Part shown: positions 1-11,654 of the stretch, piece by piece
Layout of the letters: the number at the start of each line of letters is the position of its first letter
How positions within the stretch are numbered: position 1 is the stretch's first letter
DNA from: Eukaryota sp. GEM-RC1
Taxonomy: Eukaryota
NCBI GenBank assembly: GCA_040285855.1
Contig: JAUFOQ010000006.1
Location: forward strand, 1,736,001 to 1,800,000
Direction: 5' to 3'
DNA: 64,000 bases
Notes under the pieces: model-generated
What the model saw: the letters and a program-made list of their open reading frames with translations, nothing else
What the model was told of the DNA's origin: nothing
Databases searched by the model: none
Position numbers and translations under genes: made by a program

Positions 1-584
1 TTCCCATAACTGCCCCAGATGATCATGAGGTTATAGTGGAAGAAGATCAATTTCAAAGGTACACGAGTTTGTATCCAAACGATATTAAATCATGTCAACT
101 TGTACAGTGGAAATTGCACAGTAAAGAGTATCCTTCTTTGACAGAGATTTTCTGATCATTCCTGTAATTTCAATTCCCTGTCAAAGCGTTTTTTCCATTG
201 CTGACCATATCAAGTGCAAAACAAGATCATCACTTGACGACGAATCTTTAACTTCGTTAATGTTTAAAGGATTGTCTCAATTATGGCTATGAATTAGTTT
301 ATTGTAGTGATGACGAAAACGATGAATCTGCTCATTCTTTAGATTCACAAGGCATCAAAGCATTCATCTACCTTTGTACTAAAATGACAGTAGTTTGTGA
401 TGAGTTTCATCAATAGAAACAATTACAAAATATTTGTTTATTCAAGCCGAAAAAATATCGACTTGGCTCGGCTTCAAGTCGACTTGTCACTTTGGTTTGG
501 CTTGCTCAAATGGCTCAAGCCAAAGCCGAACCAGTTTGGAATTTTACAAGCCAAACCATTCGGCTCAAGCCGTTGACAGCTCTA
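1..584 (+). mobile_element. Right end of a degenerate hAT transposon (C-terminal dimerisation-domain remnant plus terminus)
   Basis: ~108-265 reads, across a frame break, WKLHSKEYPSL...DFLIIPVISIPCQSVFSIADHIKCKTRSSLDDESLTSLMF, the hAT C-terminal motif pattern. Subterminal GGCTC/AAGCC repeats follow, ending ...GTTGACAGCTCTA at 584. The left end lies outside the window. Confidence 0.7.
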
Positions 585-850
585 TCGAAATTGCCTTATC
601 ATGCTTTTTCATTGGCTAATTTTGGCGGTGTGGGTTTTTCACAAGCTTCATACTTAACTAAAAGTGCGTTTATTGGTGGAATGAAGAATTTTATATTTGA
701 CTTTAAATCCAGATACGGTTTTTTGTTTTATGAAAATCTCATTCATTCTACTCCTTGTCTAAGTTCGTTAGTGTCAGTTATTGACATTTTGGATTTGGAT
801 ATTTGGAATAGCTATTTTCCTTCTCATTTACCAAGTATTCCTGAAAAATC
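585..850 (+). mobile_element. Non-LTR retrotransposon fragment (region downstream of RT)
   Basis: ANFGGVGFSQASYLTKSAFIGGMKNFIFDF is homologous to AHFGGIVFTKSSILCKSAFLGGGKNFIFEF in the non-LTR copy at ~49340. Confidence 0.6.
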
Positions 851-1130
851 TCCATCGTCTGTCGTAACTCTGAGAATTCCAGGAACTACTGTAGTAATCG
901 TAATTGTAGGAATTTTAGGAATTCTTGATCCAACAATCCAGTAATTGAAAAGTATGATATAAGCACAGTAGTATTGTGTCGTTTCAATATGCTTCTTAAG
1001 AACTGTATTCAATTGAAACTTGCAAACATCTGTTCACTGACAATCCAGTTTAAACCGGTTTATTTTACAATTTGCTTTAAAACTGCTAATTTTGATGAAG
1101 AGACAGACTTTGGAGAAATTGAAGTGATGT

Positions 1131-1900
1131 TAGTGTTGCACCTGGGCTCAGCCCTTTACAACTCAGCCCGCCTGGGCTAAGCCCTTTGTTTCAGCCCGCC
1201 CAATCAAATCACTAGCCGTCCCAGCCCAGCCCCCAGCCCAGCCCCCAGCCCAAACAAGTAAACATTGATATAGTAGTGTCTAACTTTTTAGCTTATGGTT
1301 ATTAAGTTCGTTACAATTGCAATCAGAATAATATATATATTCATAATTTCTGGTTGGAATATCAAACATAAATACATGTAAATGTATAAACTAAATTAAT
1401 CTACTTCATTTTCTTCATCATCATCAAGTTCTATATTTAGAGACTTCATTTCTTGTAAAATTTGTTCAAACTCCACTTTGATCTCAAGCTCAAAATAGCT
1501 CTCAAAGACTCAGTGGAGAGCTTTTTTCGACTTTGGCGATGTAACAGAAGCAGGAGGTGGTGTGTCATCTATGATTGTTACGATGTCTTGGCGAGAGGGC
1601 TTTACAAAGATTGGGAATATACTGAAAGAAGATGAATTAGAGTTCATGAAATCTACATTGAGTTTCATCACAACAAACAAATTGATTCATGTAATCAGGA
1701 ATAACAACGGGGACTATGATCAATCAGTGAAATTGAAGCATTTGCAGAAGTTAATAACTGATATGTAATTAGTAGTTTTTACACAATAGTATCTTTTAAC
1801 TATTGCAATGACTTTTGGTCAATGGCATAACGATACTTACAATAATGATACATATATCTACTGTTGATAAATGATGCAATAAAAAATTGGTGCAACACTA
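1131..1900. mobile_element. Non-autonomous hAT-like element
   Basis: 12-bp TIR TAGTGTTGCACC / GGTGCAACACTA; degenerate 8-bp TSD AGTGATGT / ATTGAGGT (6/8); CAGCCC subterminal repeats. Confidence 0.55.
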
Positions 1901-2289
1901 ATTGAGGTTGTTTTTCCGCGTTTTAATATAATTTTTGTCACTGGAAATACTTTAATACAAAGTACCAGAATATTTCTGGATTCTAAGTTTTTGTACTCAT
2001 TTCAACTCAATAGAATAGAGTGGAGACTTTATCGTGCTTCATTAATAATATGTAAAGCCTTCCTGTAATTACACATTGACCAAAAACGCTGGAATATCAT
2101 TACCATAACGAATGTAACAAAAAAATAGTTTCAGGAATTGCCACACTTTTCAACAAATACAACGTCAACCCGTCTCAGTTAATCAAAAACTCTTCACTTC
2201 TAACAAAACTAAACCAAAACAAACTAATTTTTCAAAAACTAAAAAGAGCCACCTCTTATCATAAATCAAAAGCTCACAATCCCAAAACA

Positions 2290-3648
2290 TCAACCAAAGA
2301 AATCTCCAATATCATAATCACAGTCCTCCTCTTCTTTCTTTTCCAACCCTTCTCCATCAATCTCCAACGCTATCCGCCTCCTGACCTCCTGCACCACATC
2401 AATAGCTTCCTGTACAGTCTGACAATCCATCAAATTTGATAGACAATCATAATAACACTGAGTGGGCTTCCAACCATCCACTTGATCACGCCAAACTAAT
2501 TTCCGATCTAATTCCTTTTCCTCTACCAACACATTAAATTGCTTAAGACCATCTGGCGTCAGATATCGAGTCAGAATTGAAACTAAATGGCTTTTGAAAG
2601 TACTCATGGTAGGCATGGCACCTTGAACATTAGAGCAGATATCGATGAACTCCAAGGCCAAATCACAGAGTCCTGGGACTCCAGACCTCACGTCAGCAAA
2701 AATAGCTGGATCACTCAAAATCCACTCACCTGCCATTATCGCCGCACATCCAATCAACTCAGCTTCTCTCACATCCTTATAACAGGCAATTCCTCCATTT
2801 AAAACCACAGGAACCCGATGGGAAAGAGCCTTGTTCAACTCCCTTGCATACTCCCAGTCAGGATTCCCTTTATTCACTCCACGCTGCTCCCTTGTTCTGC
2901 AGTGGAGAGTGACGACGGAAGCTCCAGCATCAACAAGAGCAGAGGCATAACGAATGGTTTCTTCAATTGTATTCTGCCTGCGTATTTTGACAATAACTGG
3001 AACACGTACAACTTGGTCAAGACAAGCTAGAAGGGTTTGAATAAGGGGGATGTTGTCTTGGAGATATGCTCCATAGTAGCCCCTACGAGCGATTCTTTGG
3101 GGACAACCACAGTTGAGCTCTATGGCACAAGCATTAGGGGCACTAGAAAGAGCTTTGAGGGCGGTTAAGCAGACAAGAACGGGATCAAAACCAGCTACTT
3201 GTATTATTAGGGGATCATCGTCACTGGAAGTAGTGAGGACCATATCAGAGTTGTACTCAACGGGAAGATATGCTCGAGAGCTCAGCATTGGAGATGTACG
3301 GCATTGAGTGTTGTACTTTTTAGTCAGAAGGCGAAAAGCGAGTTCACTACCTCGAACCATAGGGGCTAACATTGTAGTGGGAGAACCAATTGATTTCCAG
3401 AAGTTCCAAGGGGAAAGTTTGTTGAAATGGAGAGGTGGGAAAAGATCTGCAGGTAAAGGTGTCTTACAGAAACGGACACGAGGGGGTCTGTCAATGAAGA
3501 TAGGAATCAATTCATCAATAGAAGGAGAATTGAGAAGAGTTGCTACTTCAGAGAGCGAGGTTTTGAGGAATGTAGCATCATCAACAACAGCATCAGATGT
3601 TGCGAGCGAACCAAAATCTGAACCAAGATCTGGAATGGATGAAGACAT
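2290..3648 (-). CDS. DUS1: tRNA-dihydrouridine synthase (DUS1-like)
   Basis: Motifs LAPMV..SELAFR, ELNCGCPQ..A..G.YGAYL, VKIR, LHCRT and NGGI. Confidence 0.9.
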   Translation of the reverse strand: MSSSIPDLGSDFGSLATSDAVVDDATFLKTSLSEVATLLNSPSIDELIPIFIDRPPRVRFCKTPLPADLFPPLHFNKLSPWNFWKSIGSPTTMLAPMVRGSELAFRLLTKKYNTQCRTSPMLSSRAYLPVEYNSDMVLTTSSDDDPLIIQVAGFDPVLVCLTALKALSSAPNACAIELNCGCPQRIARRGYYGAYLQDNIPLIQTLLACLDQVVRVPVIVKIRRQNTIEETIRYASALVDAGASVVTLHCRTREQRGVNKGNPDWEYARELNKALSHRVPVVLNGGIACYKDVREAELIGCAAIMAGEWILSDPAIFADVRSGVPGLCDLALEFIDICSNVQGAMPTMSTFKSHLVSILTRYLTPDGLKQFNVLVEEKELDRKLVWRDQVDGWKPTQCYYDCLSNLMDCQTVQEAIDVVQEVRRRIALEIDGEGLEKKEEEDCDYDIGDFFG

Positions 3649-3663
3649 TCAGAATTTCTTTCA

Positions 3664-5877
3664 ATGCCTAAAGCAGCAAAAGCAGATCAAGCACTTCAAA
3701 CTCGCTTCAACTTAGATCCATCTGCTCTTGATAACCCCACTAAAGTCAGACTTCATGTTCTTGTGAAAAGCCTTCCTGAAACCCCTTTTCAAGATTATAT
3801 TGTCGATCTATGTGTTTCTGGAAAACTTAATCGAGCGGAACAAGTGGTAGAAGCCTGTAACCTTATTTCATCGGGCTTTGATCTTTCTTCTGACGAACAA
3901 AAACAAGAGTTTGAACAAAATTGTGGTGTTGGTGTCTCTTACACCGATGAACAAGTACAGGAAGCAGCCAAGGACGTCGTTGCCCAATTTTCGGATGCTC
4001 TTCATAAAGAACGCTATGCTTTCAACACACTTCCCATCAGAACAACTCTGATGGAGAAATTACCCTGGGTTGATGGCCGCCAGCTAAAACAAGCCATGGA
4101 CGATCAAATCTCTGCTTTAATCGGCCCACTTACTGAAGAAGAACGTCAAGCCACCATCTCTAAGAAGAGAGCCAAAGATAAACAAAAGAGTAAGACTAAA
4201 CCAGCCCCTGCAGTTGACGACAAAGCCCTAGACCTACTCTCGACCCCCATCTCTTCCGCTCCTCGTTTCCCTGCACCTGAAAAAAACACCGCTCTCAACA
4301 CTCCAGCCAATCTAAAAGCTCATCTTCAACGTACTGGTGGTCGCGTCATCACACGTTTCCCCCCGGAACCCAACGGCTACCTTCACATTGGTCATGCCAA
4401 GAGTATGTGTTTGAACTTTGGTGAAGCTGCTAAAACTGGCGGGGAGTGTATCCTTCGTTTCGATGACACCAACCCAGAAGCTGAAAAGTCGGAGTTCTTT
4501 AAGACAATTATTGCTAATGTTGAATGGCTGGGATTTAAACCCTCACGTATCACTCACTCTAGTGATTATTTTGACCGATTGTATGATGATGCAGTTGAGC
4601 TCATTAAGAGAGGTAAGGCTTATGTTGATCATTTGACTGGACCAGAGTTCGCTAAGCTTCGTGAATCAAGAGAAGAATCTCCATACAGAAACAGACCGAT
4701 TGAGGAAAATTTAAAATTATTTGAATTCATGAGACAAGGTCGCTTTGCTGAAGGTGAAGCCGTCCTCCGAATGAAAATGGACATGAAAAGTGATAATCCT
4801 TGTATGAGAGATTTAGTTGCCTACAGAATCAAGTTTACTGCCCATCCTCAAAGTGGCGACAAGTGGTGTATCTATCCTTCCTATGACTTTACTCATTGTT
4901 TAGTTGATTCTTATGAGGATATTACTCATTCTCTATGTACTTTGGAGTTTGAAATCAGAAGAGATTCTTATTATTGGTTGTTAAATGCTTTAGACAAGTA
5001 CTGTCCTTTGGTGTGGGAATTCTCACGACTGAATATCTACGGCTCCCTCATGTCAAAGAGAAGAATCAACAAGCTCATAAATGAAGGAATTTTGACCGAT
5101 TTCGATGACCCAAGATTGTATACTCTTCTTGGTTTACAACGGAGAGGTGTAACACCAAGTATTATCAAGAAGTTCTGTGAGCTTGTATCAGTATCCAGAG
5201 GTTCTAATGTCATTCACCCTCAGCTTTTGGATCACGTGATTAGGTCAGAATTAGATGATGATTGTGATCGACGACTTGTTGTTCTGGATCCAATCAAATT
5301 GGTCATTGATGATGCTGAACACACGCTACCTTCCTCTTTGGAGATTCCCAATCATCCAAAGTTTCCTGACCGTGGTACACGTCATGTCGATGGATCAAAT
5401 CACGTTTACATTGACTCTAATGACTTCAAAGCTCAAGATGAGCCCGGTTTCTTCAGACTAGCTCCTGGTAAGACTGTTCGTCTACGTGGACTTGGAGTGA
5501 TTAAATGTACTGGTTACGAGACTGATTCTAATGGCAAAGTTAACCAAATCAATGGAGTTTCCCTTCCTAAAGAAACTAAAACCAAAGTTACTATCCACTG
5601 GGTTTCTGCAGAGAAGTTTGTATCGGTGGGTGTCAATGTCTATTCCCCTCTTTTCAAGGCTGACATTGAGAACCCAGGAGCATTACCTGACGCGGAGTGG
5701 ATGGCTTTGATTGATGCTGACTCGTGTAGGCACTTTAGAAGTGTTGGGGAGTGTGAATTGGGAAATCTTGTTGTGGGAAGTAGAATTCAGTTTGAAAGAA
5801 TTGGGTATTTTGTATTGAATGAAGTGAATGGGAAGAAAGTCTTTGAGAGCACTGTGATGCTGAAACAGGACATTTAA
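3664..5877 (+). CDS. QARS: Glutaminyl-tRNA synthetase
   Basis: TRFPPEPNGYLHIGHAK (HIGH), RFDDTNP, THSLCTLEF, MSKR; eukaryotic N-terminal extension (CGVGV). Confidence 0.97.
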   Translation: MPKAAKADQALQTRFNLDPSALDNPTKVRLHVLVKSLPETPFQDYIVDLCVSGKLNRAEQVVEACNLISSGFDLSSDEQKQEFEQNCGVGVSYTDEQVQEAAKDVVAQFSDALHKERYAFNTLPIRTTLMEKLPWVDGRQLKQAMDDQISALIGPLTEEERQATISKKRAKDKQKSKTKPAPAVDDKALDLLSTPISSAPRFPAPEKNTALNTPANLKAHLQRTGGRVITRFPPEPNGYLHIGHAKSMCLNFGEAAKTGGECILRFDDTNPEAEKSEFFKTIIANVEWLGFKPSRITHSSDYFDRLYDDAVELIKRGKAYVDHLTGPEFAKLRESREESPYRNRPIEENLKLFEFMRQGRFAEGEAVLRMKMDMKSDNPCMRDLVAYRIKFTAHPQSGDKWCIYPSYDFTHCLVDSYEDITHSLCTLEFEIRRDSYYWLLNALDKYCPLVWEFSRLNIYGSLMSKRRINKLINEGILTDFDDPRLYTLLGLQRRGVTPSIIKKFCELVSVSRGSNVIHPQLLDHVIRSELDDDCDRRLVVLDPIKLVIDDAEHTLPSSLEIPNHPKFPDRGTRHVDGSNHVYIDSNDFKAQDEPGFFRLAPGKTVRLRGLGVIKCTGYETDSNGKVNQINGVSLPKETKTKVTIHWVSAEKFVSVGVNVYSPLFKADIENPGALPDAEWMALIDADSCRHFRSVGECELGNLVVGSRIQFERIGYFVLNEVNGKKVFESTVMLKQDI

Positions 5878-6156
5878 GTCTTTTAGTTTCGTAGTTCTTT
5901 AGTTTGTTTTTTATTACTGTATTTCCTGCTTTTGAAATAGTAATTGCAGTAAATTGTCGTTGTCAGTTAGCCAAATTAAACCAAAATGATATTTTGATAC
6001 TCAATTTTGTATTACTAGTTGTATAATCTTCTTTCGACCAAAACAGAGTAGAAGCCTGCACCAAATTACAATATTCAAAAAAGACCTATCCAAAAATATT
6101 TGGTTTTATGACTAATAACCAAATTAAAATGTACAAAGTCAATAAATTTACTATTA

Positions 6157-7534
6157 CTACTCAGACATCTTATAACAAGAATTACATACCCTCACCGGGG
6201 TGAAGAATCCCAGCGAAGGTAAAGGCGTTCGATTGGAACTACAACCATTACAAACACACTTCCCGCAACTCCTACAATGATGTCTACGAACAAACAACCC
6301 AAAGGAAGTGCCACAGTCGTTCTGGCACTTAACTACGAACTCATCAGGAGTCCAGGGAGGGGCAATCTTAGATCGCTTCGTGATCGTTTTCTTATAGTTC
6401 TTGCGATGTTGTTGTAAAACTCCTAGCAAGTCAGATTCGGAAGGAAACGCGCTCAATCGATCATAAGTAGAGATCCCACTCTGATCGGCAAGTGACAGTC
6501 GACCTCCATTATCCACGATATTAATCATGCTTGACTTATAACGACTAATCAAATCATCTCCACTTTTTTTCTTCTTGTTGTTCTTTTTTAATTTTTAAGT
6601 AATTATCTACACATAAATGCAATGGTGTCATTCCAAACTTAGTTAACTTGTTTGGATAAGATCCTGACTGCAACAACAGATAACAAAGCTTTGAATACCC
6701 ACCATTAGCTGCAAAATGAAGAGGTGTCCACCCCTTGTCATCTTGTACGGTGCAGTCCACTCCTTCCTCCAATAGCATCTCTCCAATCTCCTGAAACCCA
6801 AACTTACATGAGTAATGAAGACATGTTTGGCCCTGCGTGTCTTCAATCGAAGTGAGATCCTTACAATGCTTCAGTAAGAGCTTGGTGACGTCAATGTTCC
6901 CTCTGGTAGTAGAGAGATGAAGTGGGGTAAGCCCAGACTCAGATTGTACACATAGAGAAGCTCCACCTTCTATTAGACAACGAGCAACAGAGAGGTGGTT
7001 TCCAGATACAGCATGATGCAACGGTGTCCATCCTAGATTGTCAGAGATGTCCAGGTCAACTCGAACTTGGATCAAGAGTGAGGAGACTTCTAGATGGCCA
7101 TAGCGAGCAGCGAAGTGAAGAGGAACTTGTCCAAATTCAGAATCTCTAATGTCAACAGGAACTCCAAGAGTTAAGAGGAACTCTACAAGGGTGAAGTTGC
7201 CAAGTTTACATGCGTAGTGAAGAGGGGATTTGCCAGAGTGATCAGCAGCTGAGAAATCAGCTCCAGCACGATGAAGAGCTTCAGCCATTTCAAGTGCTGA
7301 GGATGAGGTGGATTTGGATGTGTTTAAAACGCAATAGTGAACAGCAGATAACCCATCTTTGTCCTTTTCGTATATTGAGTATCCTGCTTTGATCAAGAGC
7401 GGTACAAGTTCATGATTGTGCCACGAAGCGACCAACCAGAAAAGAGCATTGGGAACTTCAGGAAATAGTTCTTCTATCGAAGAGCGAGATAGTTCAACAT
7501 CATTATCAGAGTTTAAGAACTCCAACAAGGTCAT
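6157..7534 (-). CDS. Ankyrin-repeat plus C-terminal FYVE zinc-finger protein (one apparent frameshift)
   Basis: Repeated TPLH ankyrin motifs, then WTPD..C..C..FGLFVRRHHCRSCG..VC..C...RVC..C. The two ORFs join if the A7 run (plus-strand T 6564-6570) is one base shorter. Confidence 0.85.
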
Positions 7535-8025
7535 ATGTTTGACTGGAACTGATTGAAAAGGGGATGGAATTTGTGGAGAGGATTTGGTCTCGGAAAGTCT
7601 CAGCTCACCCTATTTTGACTTGCCTTGAAAATCTGTTTGAATGTACAGTCAGCAATTCATGAATTTACCATCACGACATGTTGTTTCAATAATTCTGATC
7701 GTGATAATAGAGACGTTTTACTCAATTGTAAAAATAATATTTGTTAAACTTTGTAGATCTTAATAGTACATATTCATCGATTTTCTCAATTAGCACATTG
7801 GTTGATTTTTAAGAACTCATTTTAAATAGTCTCAAAATTATTCAATCTACTAATCAAATGGTACCAGCACACCGAAAACAAAGGGAGATTTTATACCGGT
7901 ATATTTCGAGTCAGAACGTTGTACATGAACTGCATTTCTGAGGAAGTTTGGTTATCCAACGAAGGACACGCTGTTTCGACAAAATTGTAGAAAACTTAAC
8001 TTAAATACATTTTCGCTGTCCAACA

Positions 8026-8817
8026 ATGACTCCACTCAAAATCCTTCTGAATGATGGTCGTCATACACTACTTGAATGTGATCCCTCAAGTATCTCGATT
8101 CGTATACTAGAAGATCAAATACGCTTTGAATTTGACATACCATCCTCAGCTCGACTACGGCTCATTCACTCTGGTCACATCATACAGTCCTCTGAAGCAA
8201 AATTAGACGAACTCACGCCTTCTCTTGCTGAATCTTCCATAATTCATTGTACATTCACTACTGCGGGTTCTCTTGCATCTCAACGATTACTACCACCACC
8301 AGAATCCGACAACTCAGCTTCACGTGGTTTCTCTCGTCTCCTAGACGCTGGTGTAGAGGCTGAAGAAGTCCTCATAACTCGACTTCAATTCTACATCTTC
8401 CGTCAACGATCACTTGTACCAGATGCCGTTCCCTCAAACCCTGATGACATGCTCCATCTAGAAGACCAATGGATAGACAACTCACTGGGCCCCAACTCCA
8501 ACAACCTAAACGACTCGCTACTGTCCTCCGAGTCAATAACTGGAATGAATAGGGGAGTCAGTAGTTCGAGTTCTAGGTTGGCTAGGGTAGTAGCTAATGA
8601 GCTGAGGTCTTTTGATGCTAGTTTGAGAGAGTTCGAACAAGGGGATGCGCTGGACTTTGTAAATGGGTTTGTGGTGGGGTTTGTGTATATTTTTAGTTTT
8701 GTTTCAATGGCGTTTGAGAATAACTTGTCTAAGGAGTTTAGGTTAGGATTGGTTTTAGGTATTTTTGGATTTTTAACGTTTTCTTTACTGAGATTTTGGT
8801 CTTTTGCAGGGTTTTAA
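8026..8817 (+). CDS. DSC3-like protein (N-terminal ubiquitin-like domain, C-terminal TM segments)
   Basis: UBL-like LRLIHSGHII; RGFSRLLDAG...RLQF...LEDQWID...DFVNGFVVGF pattern; two C-terminal hydrophobic helices. Confidence 0.7.
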   Translation: MTPLKILLNDGRHTLLECDPSSISIRILEDQIRFEFDIPSSARLRLIHSGHIIQSSEAKLDELTPSLAESSIIHCTFTTAGSLASQRLLPPPESDNSASRGFSRLLDAGVEAEEVLITRLQFYIFRQRSLVPDAVPSNPDDMLHLEDQWIDNSLGPNSNNLNDSLLSSESITGMNRGVSSSSSRLARVVANELRSFDASLREFEQGDALDFVNGFVVGFVYIFSFVSMAFENNLSKEFRLGLVLGIFGFLTFSLLRFWSFAGF

Positions 8818-9763
8818 TGAAGTGTTTCTTTGGATTTACACCAAGTCATTGGTTTTTTGTTATAATCGTCACCTCTTGGAAGCAAGTTGTTTGACTAACT
8901 ATTTATGGTTTTTAATTATTCTGGTGTAGGAAATCGGAAACGTCATAATGTAGATGGGTCACTTAGATCTTCATTGACTTTGACAGACCATTGGATTTAT
9001 GTGGTGTTGGTGATTTAGTTAAAAAAAATAATCTTATTAGCTACCAGTAGCAGAATTCTGGACACTATTCCATAAACCTATTGTACATAGTTTTATTACC
9101 ACTTGAACAATGACATAATATGAAATGTTTTATACACTGTTTCATCGAGATAATGTGAAGATTCTTACTAAATGATCAAAAACATATTCAACAAATTTAA
9201 ACAAAGAACTGAGAATATAAGCGTCATTAATAAATTACAATTATTAACATTGATTTTTTCACTGATTGATCAACCCTGCTTTTTCTAACATTGTAGTTGC
9301 GTTTGACAATTCGGTACCAAAATGGTAACCTGGTCAGAAAGAAATGAATTTGTAAAAACAATCCAAAAAGTACTAATATTAAATCCAAACAACTTCATTC
9401 CCATCTGGTAAAAGAATACTTTTGTCGACGTTAACCTTCGTACCAAACTGGTACAGTATCTCAATCAATCAAAAGAAGTAGAGAGGTATGTTGCGATAAA
9501 TGGGAAACACATTATACCCCTTTTTGATCTGAAATTTTTTTCTGAAAGTTGTTCCAAAACTGGCTTAAGGTTAGAGTGAAAACAACGTGCTTTAATCATG
9601 TATTAACAAGAATCACGTAAACCATCATGAATAAGTAAACGTAAATAATCAACAGTGACAAAGATTTAAATGACGAAAACACCATTTGCTCCACAAGAAT
9701 GCGTTGAATAGTTTAAAAAAATTACAGGCTTCATCAGATGAATGTAATGGAAACACTTCAGAG

Positions 9764-9852
9764 CAGTGAACGCTAACACGTTCAAAATCGAATCTAACAC
9801 GTGTTAACACGCGTGTTACGTGTCAGGCCGTGTTACGTGTTAGCGTTCACCG
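9764..9852. mobile_element. 89-bp hAT-type MITE
   Basis: 17-bp TIR CAGTGAACGCTAACACG (1 mismatch); perfect 8-bp TSD CTTCAGAG at 9756-9763 and 9853-9860. Confidence 0.85.
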
Positions 9853-9889
9853 CTTCAGAGATTTGAAAAATAAATCCAGAACTTTCACT

Positions 9890-10600
9890 CAGTGATGTAC
9901 AAAAATAGTAGCTGTGAATACGGTACTTTGTAAGTTTGGTTGTAAATTATTTCCGCATTTTTACATTTGCCGTATTTTACTGCAAGTTTGAAACGAAGTG
10001 AGAATACGCCAAATACGGAAAAATATTTTTATAATTGAACCTACAAAACTAAGAGCAAATAAAGATCAAAACCGTGATCCATCACTAATCAGAATCGGTA
10101 TGTTGATATTCCCTGAATGACTTGCATGCAGAACCGTTTCAATGATGTCCAGCAGTTTTTATGTAGAGAAAAAAAAGTTGTCGTCTTAAAAGTCTCCACT
10201 TCAAACGATGACGATGATCAACATAATACGGTTTTGCAGGTTGTCGCAGCAGAATTATCACATTTGATTAATAAAAACGATAAGGCTGTACCAGCTTCTA
10301 AGTAGTTCAGCTCTTGTCATGTATCCGATCCAGTCAATTCTCTTCTTTCAAGTACTAGGGCGACATAGAATGGCTCAGTAGTTACAGAACTGATCAAAAT
10401 GATCAAGAGTGCTTTGATGTTTCGATTTACGGGGTATACAAAAGAGTATTGTATATTCTCACTACGATAACATTTGCTGTAAATAATTTACTTATTTTTA
10501 CATTTCCCGTATTTTACGGATACCGAGTATAGTGCCGTACCGTATTTTACGGTAGTGTATGGCAAATAGTGTACAGTACGCTACTTTTTGTACATCACTG
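9890..10600. mobile_element. Non-autonomous hAT-like element
   Basis: TIR CAGTGATGTACAAAAA; TSD CTTTCACT / TTTTCACT (7/8); CCGTATTTTAC subterminal repeats. Confidence 0.8.
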
Positions 10601-10710
10601 TTTTCACTACTACAAAGGACAATTAAAAAAGCACTACACATTGCACACTGTTAACATACTGTACATGTAAAAAAATCTCCAGATTAAATTCCTCTCACGC
10701 AATCTGTTCA

Positions 10711-11112
10711 ATGCAATCACATCTTCCAAATCTCCTGATACCGGTGTGGGTTGTAGGTTCAATGGGCTTTAGGTCAAAGCGTTGTCTCTTCATTTCTCTT
10801 GATAGCTCCTCATATTCCATATCTCTTCTACCTTTTTGCTCTCAAAAACGCCCTGACTTGAACTCCATCCAACCCATCACTGTATTCGACCGAAATGTTG
10901 CTATTGTTGTACAATATGATCTCAATCAAGGATTTATCCGTACAACTCGAAAGAATCAACTTATTGTACTGAGCTTAAACGACGAAGATCTATGGCTTGA
11001 ATGTATGAATCCTTCTGATGTTGAAGTTCTTCTTTTGCACGCGCTTTGTTCAAGAGAGCAACAGTTTGATTCTTTTCCATTCTCTCATATCGATTATTCT
11101 ATGTACATATGA
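10711..11112 (+). CDS. Hypothetical protein (133 aa)
   Basis: Open frame with the CAATG start context seen in neighbouring genes; no recognised motif. Confidence 0.45.
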   Translation: MQSHLPNLLIPVWVVGSMGFRSKRCLFISLDSSSYSISLLPFCSQKRPDLNSIQPITVFDRNVAIVVQYDLNQGFIRTTRKNQLIVLSLNDEDLWLECMNPSDVEVLLLHALCSREQQFDSFPFSHIDYSMYI

Positions 11113-11654
11113 TTCTAAAACTCTACTAATTTCTACGAGCGTTATTCATTACGTGATATAAGTCACGTCACCAAACTCCAATAAAAAACATATCGAAACG
11201 CCACACTGTCTGTAATCCTGGATTAAATAGAGTGATATCATTCATCTTGTACAGATTTTCTCTCTTACAATCTGTCTCTTTCATTGTTGTCTTTTGGTAA
11301 AGTTTATCCTCAGTAATTATTCTATAATTGTTCCATAATACAATAAGCAAGAGGGTAATTGATAAAAAGCAGATACCTCAAGTAGTGAACTCCGTTAGTT
11401 CATGAAAATAAACTAGAGTTTAACAAAACGAAACTAATCATAACGAGCCCGGAAGTCAGAGTACTCCAGAACATTTTTATATTAATTCAAAAATTGGAAA
11501 TAGGTCGCTTTTGAAGTTATTTGTTAGGACCAGTACTACTTCAAGTATTTAAAAGGCTGCTGTTGTGTTCCGGTTTACATGGTCTGGCAACAAAAAGTCT
11601 ATCATTGTTTTGCGAAAGAGAACAAATACATAATTTAAAATTGTCACTTCAAAA

